DNA from: a virus
IMG/VR virus record: IMGVR_UViG_3300036944_000990
Coordinates: 42,807-106,806 of that record
DNA: 64,000 nt
Strand: one strand, 5' to 3'
A program made the translations under genes and the position numbers. Position 1 is the stretch's first letter; each line of letters starts with the position of its first letter. Shown here piece after piece: positions 38,311 through 47,547 of the stretch. The notes under the pieces were generated by a model. It had not been told where the DNA came from. It did no database searches and worked only from the letters and a program-made list of their open reading frames with translations.

Positions 38311-38547
38311 TTAAATCTCCTCCGTGACTTCTCGAGTCACTTGGGTTTCTTCCAATCCTTCGTTGTGATTGGTGGCGGGTTGATGAGGCAGACCGCAGTT
38401 GAACAGAACCGCATAGGCCATCCCTTGAAGGAATGCTTCGTCTGGAGGGAGTGCACCCACATCCATAGGCTCGTAAAAGATCTCCACATTCCCATGCAGT
38501 GTTTCTACCACCACACTCTTTTCATTACGACTGACAAAATTAAACAT
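38311..38547 (-). CDS. Hypothetical 78-aa acidic protein
   Basis: Its stop abuts the next ATG (TAAATG). Confidence 0.6.
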   Translation of the reverse strand: MFNFVSRNEKSVVVETLHGNVEIFYEPMDVGALPPDEAFLQGMAYAVLFNCGLPHQPATNHNEGLEETQVTREVTEEI

Positions 38548-38557
38548 GGAGTCACCT

Positions 38558-39109
38558 TTATGGGAGGAGTTTAACGACAGTGGATTTATTGAGGATAGCG
38601 CTTCTTACAGTCGTAAATTGTGCCGCGGTTATAGCAACAGAAAAGACAATTGTACTGGTGCCAGTTTTAGTGTTTGTAACAACTGTAAAGGCTCCTGAGA
38701 ACGTCACCCCACCAATTACCAGTTTGGTCGCGTAGGACCAAGCAGGTCTCGCTCCACCCGTATTGACTTCAAAAGACACACTGTAGCTACCGGCATAATT
38801 CATTACCGAACAAGTCGAAATGGCGTAGCCAGATAACGTGGTCGGTGAAACCGAGCCGTACGTGGCTGAGCCGAAACCCACATTCTCATACCCAGATGTG
38901 GGTACATAGGAAACGGCACCCAAAGTGATTTCAGCCAGACTGTTGTTAACGGCCTTGCCGCGCAACATCGACAAGTTCACCTGACCACTGAGTGCACCTA
39001 CTAGTTGACGAATAGAGGCATCACTCAAATTTAATTGTTGATTGGCAGGACGACCCAATTCAGTATTGATCATACTGAATGTGATCGGACCGGAAGTAGG
39101 CAATGCCAT
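38558..39109 (-). CDS. Putative tail-fibre tip adhesin
   Basis: MALPTSGPITFSMINTELG N-terminus of the kind that follows S74-type fibres; S/T/G beta-rich C-terminus. Confidence 0.6.
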   Translation of the reverse strand: MALPTSGPITFSMINTELGRPANQQLNLSDASIRQLVGALSGQVNLSMLRGKAVNNSLAEITLGAVSYVPTSGYENVGFGSATYGSVSPTTLSGYAISTCSVMNYAGSYSVSFEVNTGGARPAWSYATKLVIGGVTFSGAFTVVTNTKTGTSTIVFSVAITAAQFTTVRSAILNKSTVVKLLP

Positions 39110-39122
39110 GGTGTATTACCTC

Positions 39123-39159
39123 GCAATAAAAAAGGACTGAGTCGTAGCGGCTCAGTCCT
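39123..39159 (-). terminator. Terminator between the fibre gene and the adhesin/desaturase cassette
   Basis: AGGACTGAG-CCGCTACGA-CTCAGTCCT followed by TTTTT on the minus strand. Confidence 0.7.
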
Positions 39160-39170
39160 ATACACAGGGC

Positions 39171-40859
39171 TTATTTTTCGAGTTGGCTTTGGAGTTCGGT
39201 AAGTTGCACTTTGATTTGCTCAACCGACAGCACCAATTGATCGAGTTTCGATCGATCATTGTCAGCCAAGTCCGCCAGCTCATTGATCGCCATTACCACG
39301 TACGGAAGTGTGCGGTGGTATTTCATTGTGAGGTAGTACTCACCCGATCTTGAGACATTCGGTTCCCCGTCGTCATCGTAATCAAAAGGTGCCAACTCAA
39401 CAATTTCAGGCGCAACGACTTGCCATTCTTGAGCACTGAAACCCACCTCAGGTTTGAGGGGGTCGTAGCCAAACCCTGCGGCCAATTCGTTGGCCGTATA
39501 GCGATAGCCCGTGATGGTACGTAGACTTTCCAAAGCCCCTTCAATCGGCGTCATGTTCTCTTTCAGACGTTCGTCGGAGTAGAAGCCACTGATCTCACCT
39601 GTGGCTGCAATGTTACCCTCAACGTAGAAACTCTTAGACCCGTACACACGAACCCAAGTAGTATCCGACATATGGATGCCGCCACCATAGGTCTCGCTAT
39701 ACCAACCTGTTGCTCCGGTGGAACGGAACCAGTTCCCCGTATAGAAAGTCGAAGCCGTGATGTTACCGTTTACGGTACCACCCGACGTACTGAACTTGGC
39801 ATCCAGAGCTGCTTGAAGACCCGATACAGTCGAGATCGCTTGTGTACCCGTATGGTTACTACGGCTCAACAATGCAGCGTCTGTGGAGTTAACAGTGGCG
39901 CCGGCTGAGATACCATTGAGCTTGGCTTTATCGGCCGCACTTAACAACCCAGCCGCCGCAGTAGTGGCTCCAGGCAAACTGGCATTCGTACCCGTGGAGC
40001 TGGTTATAGTACCGGCAGTAGCACCTGTGGTATAGCCCAAATCGGTAGGTACGTTGACTTGGGCGCCAGCAGCAATACCGTCCAGTTTGGTTTTATCCGC
40101 AGAGCCTGTCCACCATGCAGCAATTGCCTGACGTACCCGTTGTGCAGTCCAAGCACGACGCGTTGTAGCCACACCTGTCTCTGCTTCAGACTGGGTGATC
40201 GTAGTCGCTGACCACTCACGGGCATCTGTCAACCGTGTATCCGTCTTGTCGACTTTAGAAGCCAACTGGTTGGTGATGGTAGTTGCAAAGTTGGGATCAT
40301 TACCCAATGCCGTTGCCAACTCATTCAACGTATTCAACGCATCAGGAGAAGAATCTACCAGCGCCGAAATAGCTGCATTTGTGAAGGCTTTGTACTCAGC
40401 TTCGATTGTCGCCAGTTGTTTACCATCAAGCGCGTCAGCATCCAATCCTGAGTTAGGACCGTCCACTGTCAACAGCTTAGCCAAAACGTCACCAGCGGTA
40501 TAGCCAGATGCATTGAGTTTGGTGTTCAATGCGGCCTGAAGAACGTCAGGCTGTACCGCAGTGTCGGCCTTAACGCCTTGTGCGGCAGTTGCAAATTCGG
40601 TACGGGCCGTCACATCCAACTTAGTGTCTAGGTTGGCTGCTGCGATTGCCTCAAGAATAATCTGGGCTTTTGTTTTACCGTCAAGCAAGGATGAATCCAC
40701 AGCTTTTCCAGCAATTGCCAAGAAAGTCTCAAGGGCTTCTTGTTTCGTGTGTACACTGGTTTTATCAGCTTTAAGGTTGAGGGCATCCATGACCCCCGTG
40801 ACTTGGTCACGCACCCACATGCTGAAATCAGCAAACCCAAAATAACGTTTATTGGTCAT
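39171..40859 (-). CDS. Tail fibre with C-terminal peptidase S74 intramolecular chaperone
   Basis: PDALNTLNELATALGNDPNFATT; NWFRSTGATGWYSETYGGG; FYSDERLKEN...GFSAQE...KY. Confidence 0.88.
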   Translation of the reverse strand: MTNKRYFGFADFSMWVRDQVTGVMDALNLKADKTSVHTKQEALETFLAIAGKAVDSSLLDGKTKAQIILEAIAAANLDTKLDVTARTEFATAAQGVKADTAVQPDVLQAALNTKLNASGYTAGDVLAKLLTVDGPNSGLDADALDGKQLATIEAEYKAFTNAAISALVDSSPDALNTLNELATALGNDPNFATTITNQLASKVDKTDTRLTDAREWSATTITQSEAETGVATTRRAWTAQRVRQAIAAWWTGSADKTKLDGIAAGAQVNVPTDLGYTTGATAGTITSSTGTNASLPGATTAAAGLLSAADKAKLNGISAGATVNSTDAALLSRSNHTGTQAISTVSGLQAALDAKFSTSGGTVNGNITASTFYTGNWFRSTGATGWYSETYGGGIHMSDTTWVRVYGSKSFYVEGNIAATGEISGFYSDERLKENMTPIEGALESLRTITGYRYTANELAAGFGYDPLKPEVGFSAQEWQVVAPEIVELAPFDYDDDGEPNVSRSGEYYLTMKYHRTLPYVVMAINELADLADNDRSKLDQLVLSVEQIKVQLTELQSQLEK

Positions 40860-40986
40860 TGTGAAGTCTCCAGTTTAAGTATCGAGGCAAAAAAAAAATA
40901 AGGGCTAGACTTAAGTTTGGAAAAATGTCTTCTCTTTGTAAGTCTAGCCCTCTTCATAAAATTGCTTAGGGACAGACCCCCATTGA

Positions 40987-41550
40987 CTAACGCCAGTTAG
41001 AGTCTAACTTCACTACTGCGTTGGGTAAACCACCTGTGACTGGGATGCCAGAACCGCAAGGTGTCAGAGATAGTCGGTTAATACCTACCCTCACTACAGG
41101 TTTGAAGCCAGCATATTGTACGTTGTCACTCGCATCGTAACGAATAGAGCCTAGGTACATCGATTCCAAACTCTCAGGCATAATCTCCCTTCTAATCTGG
41201 TGTTCCACCACCCCGCCACCGATAGTCAAGTAGACATGATAGACTTTATTAGCCGTCACTTCGTCTTGAATAACAGTTTCAAATTGATCGAACACCCTAG
41301 ACTGCCCTCGGATAAACGCCACGTTTCGTTTAGTGAACCTTACTGTTTTTCCAGTAACGGAAACCCCGATGTCGTCGTCGTTAATTTCACCATAACGACT
41401 AACAGACAACGAACCCAGGGATAGCCTACTGTCCAAGTACTGATCCACGTATGTGGTGGTGACCCCTCCACAATTAACCAGCAGCAACCAATTGGATGTT
41501 CTCCAACCGCGAGGCTTTGCGTACATCAATTGAGGTGATGGTGCTGGCAC
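40987..41550 (-). CDS. Virion/tail protein (SRYG family)
   Basis: LSVSRYG and YHVYL...YLGSI segments shared with its neighbours. Confidence 0.6.
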   Translation of the reverse strand: MPAPSPQLMYAKPRGWRTSNWLLLVNCGGVTTTYVDQYLDSRLSLGSLSVSRYGEINDDDIGVSVTGKTVRFTKRNVAFIRGQSRVFDQFETVIQDEVTANKVYHVYLTIGGGVVEHQIRREIMPESLESMYLGSIRYDASDNVQYAGFKPVVRVGINRLSLTPCGSGIPVTGGLPNAVVKLDSNWR

Positions 41551-44299
41551 CTGTCACCACACGCCCCAAATACAACAGAGTTGTGCTGTCGGCTTGTTTG
41601 GTCAGACTCACCAAGTATTTGGCTTCACCGTTTACCACTTGAACGTGAACGTAGAACGTTCTGTTCGCTGGTGTGGCGGTGAGAGTAAGTAGGTTAAAGT
41701 TTTGTGGTGGTAGTTTGTAGAAACGTCCATTGAGCACTACAGAAGTTTCTTCTGTGAAATACAGTACCCACCCTTGCGCTACTTCCTGTGAGGTCAAAAC
41801 ACGGTAATTGGTTTTAGGGACGTTACCCAATACCCAATTGTCGAATTCACTCTCGGAGATCTTGGCAATCGGCACAAACACCAATTTAGTCAACTCATCG
41901 TTTGCTCCAGAGGAACCGACTACGCCATAAATCATCCCTAGACCCAAGGACGGTGAGGCATAGTACGAGCGACTACTGTGTAGAGCATTATACGCCTCAA
42001 ATCCCAGCCCAGCATCGAAAACAAACTGGCCGGTGGTTTTGTTGTACTTAAAACGGATGGACGTTTGAGGACCGTTCCCGACAAACAGATATCCAAAAGG
42101 TCCAGCGTACCCGATCAGACATACAGACCCTACAGTGTAAATAACTGTCGCACCGGCGTAGAGTTGATAGCCTTGATAGCGTAACAGAGACAGGCCACCC
42201 GTGGACAAAAGAACCCGAGGTGACAGTGAGTGTACGGTCACTTCAGTTACTGCTCCACTAGCTACACCACCGACCACATTCAAACGAGCCACAAACTTTT
42301 GGATGATACGGTTGGTATAAAGGACCATCACCACTGCGAATGGAGGTACGCCTGAGGCTTGTGGGAACACCACATCAACAACCATGTCTTGAACCACACC
42401 CGCTTCACCAGCAGCCGATAACGCCACAGCTAATTTGGCTTTAAGGTCATCAATCACTGCTTGTGACATCGACCCTGAACCACTGGTAGTAAAGTCCGCA
42501 TTAATGCGTACAGGGGCGGTGGTTTTTAAACCATCCAAATACCGCGTACCGGCTACTGTGTGAGAAGATCCATTTACCTCTACGATTGGTGCCGCAAGAT
42601 CAATGGGGTTACTCACACCAATGTCGGTTAAGAAATCGCGGTTCGCTGACGGTTTATAACCACTGTAGCTACCGTTATAGATCGATTTGTGCGTATACCC
42701 GGTTGGGAGTCCTTCCAAGTCAGTATATGCCAATCCGGCTATTGTTTCACCGTTGCGTGACCGACCATTGGAGAAGAAGATCATGCGAGTATCCGACAAC
42801 GCAATAGGGGCTGCCAACTTACCACCCACAGCACTACCAAATGCTGGCGGTAGCGATATACCACTATAGTTCATAACAGACTGACGAGGTATGCGCAGAG
42901 CTTCGTATTTGTCACTGAAGTCAACCATCTGTGAGCGATACAAAGCCACGCTATCTACTGTTTGGCTGTTGATCATGTGGAATACCCACCCACTCCCCGA
43001 ATAGATGCGGGCGTCGTAGACGTTGCCGGTGGGCGGGTAACCTAAAGCCGATTCGGATTTAGAAAACAACGTTCCTGACGGAGTAATGGAATTGTTGTCT
43101 TGACGAGTCATCGTTGCTTGAACAATGTTCGTCTCGTCCAGCGCAGCTGTTTTGCTCACAGGATCGTAGGTGAAGCTAAAGATCACTGCACCTCGAGTAC
43201 TGGAGTAACTGTTAGCAAAATAGGAGCGTCCTATCACCAACCCGCGCAATTTACCGGTGACAGGGTCAGCAGCCAATTGAAGGTATGGTATCTCGTAGTG
43301 GAAGACGTTGCGGGCTGTAAAACCAGTACCGACTGACAATACCAGCGGTTTAGTGGCCGGATCGTCACTAACGCTAACGTTGGCTAGATGGATCAAGCTA
43401 GCGTTTGCTACCGTTCCACTGAATCCTGTAGTAGTGATACCTGTCACCAAGGTAAATGCTACAGTTCCGCCCGCTTGAACGGCCGCTTTAGAAACTTGGT
43501 AAACCAAATAACCAAACGCACCGCTTGCGTTAAGACCCGTCGGGATCATGTAGTAGATGGTGGAGCCGGCCAGAATGGCTGTTCCCCGTGAACCTTGATA
43601 CGTAGTGGTTGAGATGAGGGCGCCAGTGTGTTTGGCGTCGTTGTAGGTACCGTTGGTTAGTGAGATAAAGTAATCCCCCAAAACACCATTCGCATCTTGG
43701 AGACGACCCATGATGACCGACTCGCTACAACTGATGACAAATGCCGCTTCCATACCCGCTGGAAAAAAGGATGGGCGGTACTTTTTATTGGTACGGATGG
43801 GTTGGCGAAGGTTACCGACCATCGCGTTTCTTAAATAGGCGTAGTATACACCTCGTCCTGAACCGTTGGTCCCATTTCTCAGTATGATCAATGTTCCATC
43901 GTCTTCCACGAACATACCAGCATCTTTGGGTGAGGTGATGGTGGTGGCTCCTTCGAATGTGGCGGCCAAACCCACCGGCAGGTAGTCGGGTGTGCCGTAC
44001 GAGGATAACGGCAGAATCCCTTCAGGCATCCGTGTGGCGGCCAAACTACGCACCTCAGCTTCACTATAACCACCAACATCCGCCGGCGTCAGGTTGTGTG
44101 GGTTGCCTTTAACCAGTTGATGGTCCATGATCGTTTGTAGGCTTTGTGTTTCCAGATCGCTGTACGGTAGGTCATTCAGTGCGTCGCTGTTGTCAGCACT
44201 GACGGTTGGCACCACACGTGAAATGGCTTTATCATGTAAAGCCTGAAAGTACCGCCCCATCGCATCAGACAAGGTAGTTAGGTTGAGATTGAATTTCAT
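41474..44299 (-). CDS. Large tail/baseplate fibre protein (possibly phiKZ gp131-like)
   Basis: 941 aa; NPHNLTPADVG and PLSSYG at the N-terminus, beta-rich centre, C-terminal domain shared with paralogs. Confidence 0.65.
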   Translation of the reverse strand: MKFNLNLTTLSDAMGRYFQALHDKAISRVVPTVSADNSDALNDLPYSDLETQSLQTIMDHQLVKGNPHNLTPADVGGYSEAEVRSLAATRMPEGILPLSSYGTPDYLPVGLAATFEGATTITSPKDAGMFVEDDGTLIILRNGTNGSGRGVYYAYLRNAMVGNLRQPIRTNKKYRPSFFPAGMEAAFVISCSESVIMGRLQDANGVLGDYFISLTNGTYNDAKHTGALISTTTYQGSRGTAILAGSTIYYMIPTGLNASGAFGYLVYQVSKAAVQAGGTVAFTLVTGITTTGFSGTVANASLIHLANVSVSDDPATKPLVLSVGTGFTARNVFHYEIPYLQLAADPVTGKLRGLVIGRSYFANSYSSTRGAVIFSFTYDPVSKTAALDETNIVQATMTRQDNNSITPSGTLFSKSESALGYPPTGNVYDARIYSGSGWVFHMINSQTVDSVALYRSQMVDFSDKYEALRIPRQSVMNYSGISLPPAFGSAVGGKLAAPIALSDTRMIFFSNGRSRNGETIAGLAYTDLEGLPTGYTHKSIYNGSYSGYKPSANRDFLTDIGVSNPIDLAAPIVEVNGSSHTVAGTRYLDGLKTTAPVRINADFTTSGSGSMSQAVIDDLKAKLAVALSAAGEAGVVQDMVVDVVFPQASGVPPFAVVMVLYTNRIIQKFVARLNVVGGVASGAVTEVTVHSLSPRVLLSTGGLSLLRYQGYQLYAGATVIYTVGSVCLIGYAGPFGYLFVGNGPQTSIRFKYNKTTGQFVFDAGLGFEAYNALHSSRSYYASPSLGLGMIYGVVGSSGANDELTKLVFVPIAKISESEFDNWVLGNVPKTNYRVLTSQEVAQGWVLYFTEETSVVLNGRFYKLPPQNFNLLTLTATPANRTFYVHVQVVNGEAKYLVSLTKQADSTTLLYLGRVVTGASTITSIDVRKASRLENIQLVAAG

Positions 44300-44967
44300 G
44301 CGACCACCTCAATCGTTCCGTCTCGGTTGGTGTATACCCGATATTGCGTCATCAGACGCGACACTTTACGAATCGCTGTGCTCAGGATGCCTGAGGCATT
44401 CGTGGTGAGAGTACCAATGTTCATCAGTACGTCCGTCTCAGCCAACACCGATTCACTGAACCGGTAACGCAACGCCCCGGCATCTAACACCACATAAACG
44501 TAAATCGTTTTGTTGGCCGGGTTAACAATCGATTGCGACAAGTCGTAGTCAGCTGCTACCAACACCCCTTCTTGTCCCGTTAAGATCACCGGCACTGCGT
44601 TTTGGAAACTGACCACCCAGCCACCACTACCGATCACCGTTGGGAAAGTAGTATCCATTGACCCGTAACGTGATACTGCCAACTGCCCTTGCGGCATCAA
44701 AGGTGCCAATAAGGCGTCTATCTGAGCCGTGGTGAGCATTCCCAAATGGGCTGCAGTGGTTTGGTGAGGATTGGATTTATTCGCTTCATGTGAGGCGACA
44801 ACCACGTTCACGGTGTTGGTCAGATGGGTCTGGGTTTTACCCTCAATGGCCAAGGCGTTATCTGCTACCGAGGCGTGAGCCAACTTTTTACTCAGTAGAG
44901 TTTTGATGTCGGTGAACATCGTATCCAGCTGGTTACGCAAAGCGGTAATTTTTTCAATGATACTCAT
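44296..44967 (-). CDS. Virion/tail protein (SRYG family)
   Basis: NPHQTTAAHLG, AVSRYG, YVYVVL...IGTLTT. Confidence 0.65.
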   Translation of the reverse strand: MSIIEKITALRNQLDTMFTDIKTLLSKKLAHASVADNALAIEGKTQTHLTNTVNVVVASHEANKSNPHQTTAAHLGMLTTAQIDALLAPLMPQGQLAVSRYGSMDTTFPTVIGSGGWVVSFQNAVPVILTGQEGVLVAADYDLSQSIVNPANKTIYVYVVLDAGALRYRFSESVLAETDVLMNIGTLTTNASGILSTAIRKVSRLMTQYRVYTNRDGTIEVVA

Positions 44968-45618
44968 TTATACCTCCCGAACCAAACCCAATGAACCATT
45001 GGCGTTGGTGACCATTCGACACACGTCCAACCGAGACAGGTGCGTCAAAGTGTGGCTAGTGATAGCTGTCGCTGAGGTCACAACAGTTCCTAAAAACATG
45101 CTGGTCAATGTGTCTGGTGTTTTAGCGGTTTTGATCACATAGACCAACGACCCATTCGACACCTCTAAATACACGTAGTTGGTGCGATTGGTATAACCTG
45201 CAAAACTCAGTACCTGTTGTGGCAGATTGGCATACAGTCCAGCCAAGAAACAGGACACTGGTTTTAAGGTCAGGTTTAAACCTGAAGTAGTGGGCGCAAT
45301 AGTGGTACCTGGTGCCCCGTAACGAGAAATCGGTACATATTGAGCAGCCAACAGTTGTGCTAACGCCGCTTGTACTTGTGCGGTGCTATAGCTCCCTACT
45401 TGGGCAGCCGTGGTATTGTGGTTATTACGACTGGCTATGTGAGCAGCTGCTGAAGTTTGACTGGCGGACATAATCTCAGCAAAGGTTTTACCGCCTAACA
45501 ACAATGCGTTGTTGGCAGCAAACGACGAAGCCACTTTCTTTTTCAGTGCCGTTGTAGTGTCGGCGATAACCTTTTCCACGCTGGCCTTAAGCGCAACCAG
45601 TTGTGTTTGAATTGTCAT
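44968..45618 (-). CDS. Virion/tail protein (SRYG family)
   Basis: NNHNTTAAQVG, PISRYG, YVYLEV...FLGTVVT. Confidence 0.65.
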   Translation of the reverse strand: MTIQTQLVALKASVEKVIADTTTALKKKVASSFAANNALLLGGKTFAEIMSASQTSAAAHIASRNNHNTTAAQVGSYSTAQVQAALAQLLAAQYVPISRYGAPGTTIAPTTSGLNLTLKPVSCFLAGLYANLPQQVLSFAGYTNRTNYVYLEVSNGSLVYVIKTAKTPDTLTSMFLGTVVTSATAITSHTLTHLSRLDVCRMVTNANGSLGLVREV

Positions 45619-45675
45619 GACGATACCTTTTATAAAACCCACAGAGGCGTGTGACCGCCTCTGTGAGTAACCCCT

Positions 45676-46278
45676 TTAGAAGGTAACTGTAGAGGCCAGT
45701 GACATCCTAGCCACCAAGTCCCCACGATTAAACATGGCACTCTCAGCCCCTGTAGACACCATCATCGAATCAATCGACATGGTAGAATAATAGATGCTGG
45801 AAAAGAACATGCGAACGATCACGTTGTTGTTACTGTCTACGTACACGGTCGGTGAGAAATTGCCTTTAGTAGCAATCCCTTCAGTCCGACCTGCCGACGC
45901 TTTACAATAACCCACTACGGTCTCGTCGATGATTTTAGCCGACCCGTAACAATAGCCTCGAAACCGCAGGTGAAACATACGGTTGTTGGTTGTGATCTTG
46001 AGCGGCAATTTAAAATGAAGGTACACGTTACTTGTGTCGCCCAAATCTGTTCGAGGAAAATCGCCAGCCGCACCTAGACCCGGTGCACCACCTGTGGCGT
46101 AAATGATGCCCTGGAAAATCCCTCGACGAACACACCCTGGACGCGTTGGGTCACCTTCTACACTTTGCAAAGCATTAAGCTCTGCTAAGTCTTCTGTGAC
46201 TTCACTCAAGCGCAACGCATAGTCAATCAACTGTTGTTCTGTTGCATTGACCAGCTGGTTAACCGATTCAATCATCAC
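45676..46278 (-). CDS. Tail-fibre-associated protein, paralog A
   Basis: YLHFKLP...GYCYGSAKIIDETVVGY; paralog of 46516..47136. Confidence 0.65.
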   Translation of the reverse strand: MMIESVNQLVNATEQQLIDYALRLSEVTEDLAELNALQSVEGDPTRPGCVRRGIFQGIIYATGGAPGLGAAGDFPRTDLGDTSNVYLHFKLPLKITTNNRMFHLRFRGYCYGSAKIIDETVVGYCKASAGRTEGIATKGNFSPTVYVDSNNNVIVRMFFSSIYYSTMSIDSMMVSTGAESAMFNRGDLVARMSLASTVTF

Positions 46279-46290
46279 ACCACCTCACAG

Positions 46291-46506
46291 TTAGAAGGAC
46301 GGTGTAGTCGGCCAAACAACCGCATATGGCGATTCAATGGTCTCGGTTATGTCACGTAACTGTTGACGATACGCAGCCATCTCACTCTTTTGCTCGACCG
46401 ACAGAGGACTGTCAGGCAATTGGGTGAAGTCGGTTTTGCGCAGCAGTTGGTTACGTGTTTCACGCACCGAAGCCCACGCCGCTTTAAGCACTTCTTCTTC
46501 GTTCAT
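46291..46506 (-). CDS. Phage tail assembly chaperone
   Basis: WASVRETRNQLLRKTDFTQLPDSPL...YRQQLRDIT...VVWP.TP. Confidence 0.85.
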   Translation of the reverse strand: MNEEEVLKAAWASVRETRNQLLRKTDFTQLPDSPLSVEQKSEMAAYRQQLRDITETIESPYAVVWPTTPSF

Positions 46507-46515
46507 AATTACACC

Positions 46516-47136
46516 TTAGAAGTTGACGTTAGCACTGAGCGAAAGACGAGCAACCAAGTCACCCTTATTGAACAACCGTCCATTACCCACCCGCATCGTG
46601 TCGATTTTAAGCGTGGTGTAATAGATACTTGGGAACAACAACCGAATCACCACGTTGCCACTGACATCGGTGTAAAGGGTTGGTGAGAAGTTCCCAGTGG
46701 CATTGTTATTCAACAGGGCTTTACTAACCGCATAGCTGTAACCGACGATTGTCTCATCGATCATCTTAGCCGAACCAAACGCGTAGCCGGTCAGGTGAAA
46801 CCACAACATCTCTGAATTGACGTTGATGTTCACCGGCACTTTGAGGTGTAGGTAGACGTTGGCATTGGTCCCCAAGTTCGGGACTGTACCAAAGTCACCC
46901 TGTGACCATATCTCTTCGCCGCCACCGGCGATGTTACCTACGAACCCCTGGAATATCGCTTTACGGACAGTCCCGATGTTGTACGGAATACCGTCGACTT
47001 CCCGCAACTCAAGTAGCTGTGTAGCGTTGAGTTCTTGTGTAGCAATACCTGACTCCAATTGATCAGTCTTTTCCTGTATAGCTGTGGAAAAGCGATCAAT
47101 GGACTGCAAAAGAGCTGCACGATTTTCAGCATCCAT
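46516..47136 (-). CDS. Tail-fibre-associated protein, paralog B
   Basis: YLHLKVP...GYAFGSAKMIDETIVGY. Confidence 0.65.
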   Translation of the reverse strand: MDAENRAALLQSIDRFSTAIQEKTDQLESGIATQELNATQLLELREVDGIPYNIGTVRKAIFQGFVGNIAGGGEEIWSQGDFGTVPNLGTNANVYLHLKVPVNINVNSEMLWFHLTGYAFGSAKMIDETIVGYSYAVSKALLNNNATGNFSPTLYTDVSGNVVIRLLFPSIYYTTLKIDTMRVGNGRLFNKGDLVARLSLSANVNF

Positions 47137-47148
47137 ACATCACCTCAC

Positions 47149-47547
47149 TCAGACCGCATTGATCTTGTCAGCACCTTCGTTAAACGCAGCAGTGAGGTCA
47201 GTCAACATGGTGTTGACATCGGCTTCCAGTTGAGTTACCGCTTCTGCTGTGGCGTAATGGGTAGGGAGTTGTCCACCCAACTTAGCCGAATCTACCGCTG
47301 TAGCAGTAGCATCCAACTTAGTGTCTAATGCATCGGACACTTCGTTCTGATTGGCTTTGGTCGCTACCGCTTGATTGGTCGAATCCAAAGCACTTTGGTC
47401 GGCTTTGCTCTGAAGAGTTTGGTCCACCCCATCCATCCGAGTGTTGACTTCACTCAACTCCAGATTCAGATAATCGGTCAACGTTTGGACTTGGCTGCGC
47501 ACCCACGCACCGAATTCCACGAAACCGAAGAAACGTTTCTCAGACAT
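47149..47547 (-). CDS. Short tail-fibre-related protein (KRFFGF family)
   Basis: MSEKRFFGFVEFGAWV; LDATATAVDSAKLGG. Confidence 0.65.
   Translation of the reverse strand: MSEKRFFGFVEFGAWVRSQVQTLTDYLNLELSEVNTRMDGVDQTLQSKADQSALDSTNQAVATKANQNEVSDALDTKLDATATAVDSAKLGGQLPTHYATAEAVTQLEADVNTMLTDLTAAFNEGADKINAV

Noticed and set aside
38311-38547. 78-aa acidic protein as an acyl carrier protein
   Set aside because: Size and charge fit, but there is no (D/E)S(L/M) phosphopantetheine motif.
34430-38547. Complete polyyne biosynthetic cluster
   Set aside because: No fatty acyl-AMP ligase, ACP, thioesterase or rubredoxin is present, and the His-box context is Delta9/DesC-like. The analogy covers only the triple desaturase.
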